NCBI RefSeq assembly: GCF_023055435.1
Contig: NW_025963779.1
Coordinates: forward strand, 21,328,001-21,392,000
Reading direction: 5' to 3'
Length of the DNA: 64,000 bases
Origin: Haliotis rufescens
Lineage: Eukaryota
Shown: positions 57,441 through 64,000 of the stretch, in pieces
Position numbering within the stretch: the first letter of the stretch is position 1
How the letters are laid out: every line of letters starts with the position of its first letter
Position numbers and translations under genes: made by a program
The notes under the pieces: model-generated
Database searches by the model: none
What the model was told of the DNA's origin: nothing
Seen by the model: the letters and a program-made list of their open reading frames with translations, nothing else

Positions 57441-59711
57441 CTTTTTTAACAATTTTTCTGTATGTTATCATTATATGAACTAGTGGACTAAAAGTGTTAG
57501 TTTCTATCACTGCTGTACCTGGGTAATTTTGAGTATACTCGGACACCGTGGTGCCGCGGCATTCATTGTATCACGGCATTTGTGATTTCCGGGAGTTCTC
57601 ACGCGACATGCCCCTTAGTGGCTGTCTATTAATGCAAATCAATCACCAGTAAGTGCTCTCTTCGTAAACAATTTCAATTTCTTCAGAATGTTCCATCTTC
57701 TGTAAGCATGGTAAGTAAGGAGTTATTAATGCGATGATACTTACTTCTGGCATCTTTTTTAACATTGCCTTACCCCCATCTATCAATGGCCAGCGATATA
57801 ACCCACAGTTCCATAAGTAAACTTTCTCTATCGACCTGAACTAGATCATCTGCATATTCATGGTGACTAATAAGTTAACAAAAGTTACGAAGTCCGCACA
57901 TTTTTCCCACGCTCTGCCCAGAATCTATTAGGAGATCATAAGGGCCATAATGCCATACTTCACTAGTATAAATACATACTTTGGGCATACTAGGAGTGCT
58001 TTTTATCTATCTATTGTTAATTTTTAACATTTTTCCATATTTTGACAAATTATTGTCATATAATTTTTTTAAAAACTTTCTTAAAACTTCATTTCTCATA
58101 TTTTGTTGTTGATTTAAATAAATATTTTTCTCTTACTTTTCGGTTAATATGCATTGAATACCTATTACTGATAACACATTCAGAATTTTACTAGTGCTGT
58201 CTTTGCACTTGTCTGGACAAATCACTAAAGTCTGGCATCATCATACTTAGTGGTTGGTAGAATTATGTCCTGTTTTTGTCCAATTTGGACCTCCATACAC
58301 AACTTTTCCCTATACCACGATACGATGTAGTTCTCTCCCTTGTCAAACTGTGTGCGAGGCCCGGCTTTTACTCTGCGCTAATATTGTAAATAATGAACTT
58401 TGATCAGTAAAATATGCATAGTTAGATAAAATCAATGACATCTGATATAGAGAACACAAATAATCATAAATGTTAGTGAGTGCATTTTGTTCCGTATTTA
58501 ACATGCATACTTTTTAGCCTACTCAAACGTACGTGGGTTACAAAGCAGTATAAGGTGTGCCAACAGTGATCCTAACAGCATCACTGATACACATGTGTCA
58601 AGCTTCATGGTGTGTGACAACATTGTTTGTGCTGTCAAAACTTAACATGATAAGCCATATGCAAGTGGGGAAAGAGGGTATTGCTGAATTGACGCCACAA
58701 CATTGGTATATTTTCATCTTCAGCTTACCGGTACATTTTTTAGGAATGACTGAAGACATAGTTTTATTATTGCCTATGCTGACCCAGCTGTTTATTGTAG
58801 CTATGTGATGCTGTGCTTGTACCATCTCGCATCTGTTGGTCACTCTTACATAGCTACAAATCCCTCCTACATAAACTCTGAAAGAAGCAAGCTTAGACAG
58901 TCAAAACACACCAGGTCAGTGAAATGTGACATGCGCTGGAGACAAGTAGCAAATCAGCAGACATGTTTGAGCTGAAACGGAACTTAAACATGTTAAAGGT
59001 AGCCTCCATCATGTGTCTATAGCAGCTTAATGCCTCAAGCAAGGCTTACTTTTCAGCATCATTAGGGTTTTCTTACCATTCCAGTAAATACTTTTGTGAA
59101 GTGACTTTACCATACAGTCAAGATGTCAGCTCCCCTAATTTCCACCAATCTATGTGCTGTGTAAAATATGATATAGTATTTGTTACTGTAGGCATGGTAG
59201 GGCTTCCAGCTTTTTATGTATCAAAAGATGGCTTCCTTTATATCGTTTATTTTATCAGGATAGATTATTTGTAATTCCTTCAGTGTTGTTAACACTGTTT
59301 TCTGAGAGCGTTAAAGCATCTGTATTCTCGGTAAAAGTGATCAAAGCATTCATGCATGCATATCTAATTTCTGTACTTCGATAACAAGGATAGTCAGGGG
59401 AATATATATAGCTGTGCCATTATATTGTTGTGGATATTTGATACGTTTCCAAATAGAGGCATTAAAGAAATAAAGCAGAATCATTTTAGAAAGATGACAT
59501 CTGATTGGCCCAAGAACCCATGTATACTTCATTTTGATTTGGCAGTCAATCGTTGCTCAGGATTCACCTGACACGACCGTCTATAGGGGTGTTCTTGGAT
59601 CTTAATGCAGAGAGGTATCATACTGTAACAGAAGATCTGATCTTAATGAGATTGCTTAAGATAAACAAGTGACATGTGTAGATTTAGATCACACACATGA
59701 CATTCCCTAGC

Positions 59712-59952
59712 GACCCGTGAAGATCCGGGGTAGAATAGGGGACTATGCTTGTCGTAAGAGGCGACTAACGGGATCGGGTGGTCAGGCTTGCTGACTTGGT
59801 AGATGCATGTCAACGATCCCAATTGCGTGGCACGATGCGCATGATGTCAATCACTGGATTGTCTGGTCCAGACACGATTATTTACAGACCGCTGTCATAT
59901 AGCTGGAATATTGCTGTGTGCAGCGTTAAACAACAAACAAACAAACAAGCAA
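59712..59952 (+). mobile_element. SINE-like family A copy
   Basis: TSD ACATTCCCTAGC on both sides. Starts at the same G as the other copies and has an internal deletion in the head. Confidence 0.88.
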
Positions 59953-62282
59953 ACATTCCCTAGCACCCCAGCCACCCTGTGTATGCAATGTAAGAGTGGA
60001 CTGACATGATCATCAAGTGGTCATCATGTGACATTGTATGTCAATGTTGTGTTCAGGATCATTGAACTTATATAGCTACATGCTTGCGTGTGCACGCTAG
60101 CTAGTCTGACTAATGCCGTTTTTATAGCGCTAGTTTACTGAGATACCATTACACAGTTTTAACATGAATATCCCACACAGACACATATTACTGACTCTGA
60201 GCCGACCAGTCCTTATTTTATGCCCTTAGTGCCAAAGCACCAGGCAGGGTAACAACAAATACTCACTCTGGGCAGACGCTCTATCGGACCACGGAGTTGG
60301 TCAGATGATTTAAAGACTGTTGTGATATAGATGGAATATTGCTGACTGTGATGTTCTTTATTAACACCCTTGGTGTATAACAGAATGTACCAGGAAGTAT
60401 GTATTGATCATGGAAGCTGATGACTTCAAAGTTCAAGCTTCACAGGCCATACTGGCAATAGTCACTGCAGCTTAAAGGGACAGTACGTCGATGGTTCTGT
60501 GTGTTTTTGAATCCATCATGAAATAACTTCTGTATGTGACGTCACGTGCCTGATTCAATTCTCAAACCAAGACATTAGAGCTCCGCATAGCAAAGCTGAC
60601 AAGGCAAGCACTGTTTGAAATATCTCGCTTTTGTCATGTTTTTATTAGAGCCTAGAAAAGGCAAATAGGAGAGAAAGCTCGTGATTATTTCTTACGGATG
60701 AGTTACAAAATACAAATTGCCAGCTTGATTGGATTAGGTTCCAATAAAAAAGGCAATACAATGGGTCAAATATTGACAATAGTAACAGGTGATATAATTC
60801 ATGTTAGTGCATTCATGAATGTACACTCACACATGTCAAGGATATTGTCACCTGTTTTTGAATACTGATAGTGATGGAAGCTGGTATTCGGGTCTTCCAA
60901 ATAGGTATCCAAACTGCACTTGGCAAGTAGATAAGAAACAAGTCAGGTCGAAAATGCCTTGAATCATGCTCTGTATCAGTAGAAACTAACATTTTTAGTC
61001 AACTGTCCTCATTATGATAACATGTAGCAAAACCCTTAAAAGTGGCAAATTCCTACAAGTCCTTATGATTACCTTAACTATTGGGCAGTTGGCAAGGACT
61101 ACAGGACTAGTACCAATTTCAAACGCTGTATATTGGTGCAGCCAGCCTTCTACTAGAATTTGTCTCATCCAGAAACCTACCAGGTTCATGTATACAACAA
61201 GGATGGATAACTTTATTTTTCGTACAAAACCATTCTGGAAAGGTCAACTCAATGCTGTCAACTGCTGTTTAAATCTGGCCACTTATTCAATCATTTGCTT
61301 CGACTGACAATTACTACAAGAAAATTTACAACTGTTTCGACCACCAGTCATATTTAGTTTCTTTAGTTCACTGGGCCTGAATGGGTCAGTTACATGCCAT
61401 CTGGCATCTCCTGAAGTGAGTGAGTGAGTATGGTTTAACGCCGCTTTTAGCAATGTTCCAGCAATATCACGGCAGGGGACACCAGAAATGGGCTTTACAC
61501 ATTGTACCCATGTCGGGAATCGAACCCGAGGCATCTGTTGAAGCAATATGTTCATACTTTTCAATTTCTTTTCAAGAACTGCTTGATGGTTTCAGCTGAA
61601 TGTTTCATTATGTTTCCAACAATAAGCATGATCAATTTGTATCTTTAGTGTCATTTATAAATAAGAAACATGAAATTTCTCACAATGATCCGTGCAACCA
61701 CAAGGACAGAAATGATGAAGTAGTTACAGGCTTGCTCCATTCATTGTCATTATCACTACAGTTTACAAGGATTTTACCACTGGATTGTAAATTGTATATG
61801 AGCTGAAAACCTTAAACAGTAAAATATCAAAAGTATCAACTCAGTGGAAATGATCAATATTAATAACATATCATTTACAAGCCGATTCTCCCTTCCTTTT
61901 TCTTGTGTCTTTTACTATTGTCTTATTGCCTGCTGGATATTCCCACCATCTTACAAGGTTAAAGGCATCAGTAATTGATTATATTTTAGTTCAGAATTTA
62001 TGATAAGCAGAATACATGTTACCGTGGTTACCATGGTTACTGGCTGATAAACATAATACAACGTGTGACTTTAGGCACTAGCCCTTAACCTGAGCTAGTG
62101 GCATTTTTAAGGGTTTTGTTATGTATTATCTTTAAGGTCTAGTGGACTAAACATGTTAGTTTCTATCACTGCGTAGATCTTCCAGGGATTTTTTCTAGAC
62201 ATGCACAGAGGCCAATATTGGGCCCCAAGTCTGTGGCAAATGTGATTAAAAATTTCCATAATGGAATTAAAAGATTCCCAAT

Positions 62283-62755
62283 TTATGTTAATATTATAAC
62301 TAAAATAAATTTATGGTTTGGTAGAAGCAACCTTTATGTCATTGATATTATAACTAATAGCTAGATTTATGGCTTTGTAGAAATAACCTTTATGTCATTG
62401 ATATTATAACTAATAGCTAGATTTATGGCTTTGTAGAAGCAACCTTCATGTCATTGATATTATAACCAGCTGATAACTAATAGCTAGATTTATGGCTTTG
62501 TAGAAGCAACCTTTATGTCATTGATATTATAACTAATAGAGCTCTAGATTTATGGCTTTGTAGAAGCAACATTCATGTCATTGATATTATAACTAATAGC
62601 TAGATTTATGGCTTTGTAGAGGCAACCTATATGTCATTGATATTATAACTAATAGCTAGATTTATGGCTTTGTATAAGCAGCCTTTATGTCATTGATATT
62701 ATTACTAATAGCTAGATTTATGGCTTTGTAGAAGCAACCTATATGTCATTGATAA
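62283..62755. repeat. 56-bp minisatellite, ~8 copies
   Basis: Unit TTATGTCATTGATATTATAACTAATAGCTAGATTTATGGCTTTGTAGAAGCAACCT. Confidence 0.95.
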
Positions 62756-64000
62756 CAGGAGGAATAAATATGAAGAGGTTGTAATGTCTTGTTATGTATT
62801 ATTGCATTGAATCCTGTCTCCTAATACAATGTTAAAATAGGCCTACCTCTGAATAGGAAAAATATGAGAACTTAAAAATAATCCCAATTGTGAACAAAGT
62901 AACTATTTTTTCCCATTTTGCCAGCCAGGGGCACATAGTTTATAGTCATGGATATATCCATGTCGTCTGTTGTGACGGTTGATCACTTGTTATGAACCAC
63001 TGATTGATTTTTCAATGTTATCTGCTTCCTGTGTTGTTGACGAGTACTGACAACCAACAGCTGATCAACGAAAGCACTTATTGTAAAGATGTCACTTCAG
63101 TTCTAAAACAATTTCAACAAATGGCTCTGAGACATGATTGTGCTGAGCTACCAACATCTTTGAGAGAATTTTACATAGATGAATGCATTGCTTGATTTCA
63201 GCCATGTTTCACATATGTGTTGTCATGGAGATAGAAACATCAACCTACTTCGGCTCCCTTAGGATCATACTAATGGTGTTCCATTCTTCTACTTACCAGT
63301 ATTGTCCTTAGAATGTATTGCTTATTTGAATGTCCGAGTTACTTCTATATGTACACAGTACTAGTACTACTACTGTGACAACCGGTGAACATTATCAGTG
63401 TTAATTTTGACTGGATGGCAAAGTACTTGTGTTGTCAACCCAAACGTGAAAATATAAAATGAGCAGAAAACTTTCAGAATCCCATTAATTTCTAACACTG
63501 ATCATTATGCAATGTTTATTCTAACTGAGGTATAAACGTTTTGAACAGAAAAAAACACATACAAAATACTTAAACTTTAATTGTTCATTCACATAATCAG
63601 ACAGTCTAATGTTGTGTGCTGGAGTGAGGCTGGTGTTTGAGTTGTCTAGATTCTCTGCCACTTGGCACTTGCCAGCAAAATATTGAAATAGAAACAAAAC
63701 ATTAAGATTGTTTAACTTTTCCCAAGAGTATATTATATTTGGCAAAATAAGAACAGAGTAGAACATTTCAACAACAAATAGTTTGTACAGAAGTGTTTCA
63801 TGGTTTTGTCAAGTAAACTTCTTGTATGTTTGGATAGCAGCCAATATTCTGTAGAAGCGTTCAAGTTTTCAAGGACTTTTGAAACAAGTACTTCTTTAAT
63901 GTCTGCAGTGATCATGGTTATTGTCTGGACCAGACAATCCAGTGATTGACATCATGAGCATCAATCTACTTAATGTCCCAGTGACCACCAGTAACCATGA

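Noticed and set aside
62283-62755. CRISPR-like regular arrays (also 20729-20941, 26625-26870)
   Set aside because: Head-to-tail units with no unique spacers and no cas genes, in a eukaryotic context.

Overview
Eukaryotic, intron-rich invertebrate DNA. It is probably a gastropod mollusc such as abalone, inferred only from the SINE repertoire and protein style. There are two assembly gaps (10183-10338, 45447-45641). Five protein-coding genes can be assembled with GT-AG, frame-consistent exons: RPLP0 (-, 8 coding exons, 311 aa), an unannotated N-myristoylated protein with cystin-like N- and C-terminal motifs (+, 5 exons, 276 aa), CHRAC1 (-, 3 exons, 106 aa) head-to-head with EEF1D (+, 8 coding exons, 260 aa), and an intronless DNAAF3 (-, 472 aa) with an RFX X-box. 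RPLP0 introns carry four box C/D snoRNAs: two SNORD59/snR54-like 18S methylation guides in one intron, and two U22 (SNORD22)-like processing snoRNAs in two other introns. The rest is dominated by four SINE-like families with related 3' tails (nested inside one another), several MITE families and minisatellites. Best leads: the invertebrate cystin-like gene, the U22-like snoRNA pair, a TSD-defined structured 5' head on the most abundant retroposon (candidate ribozyme or internal promoter), and two UGC-preceded in-frame microexons in EEF1D. All homology calls come from recalled reference sequences, not from database searches.
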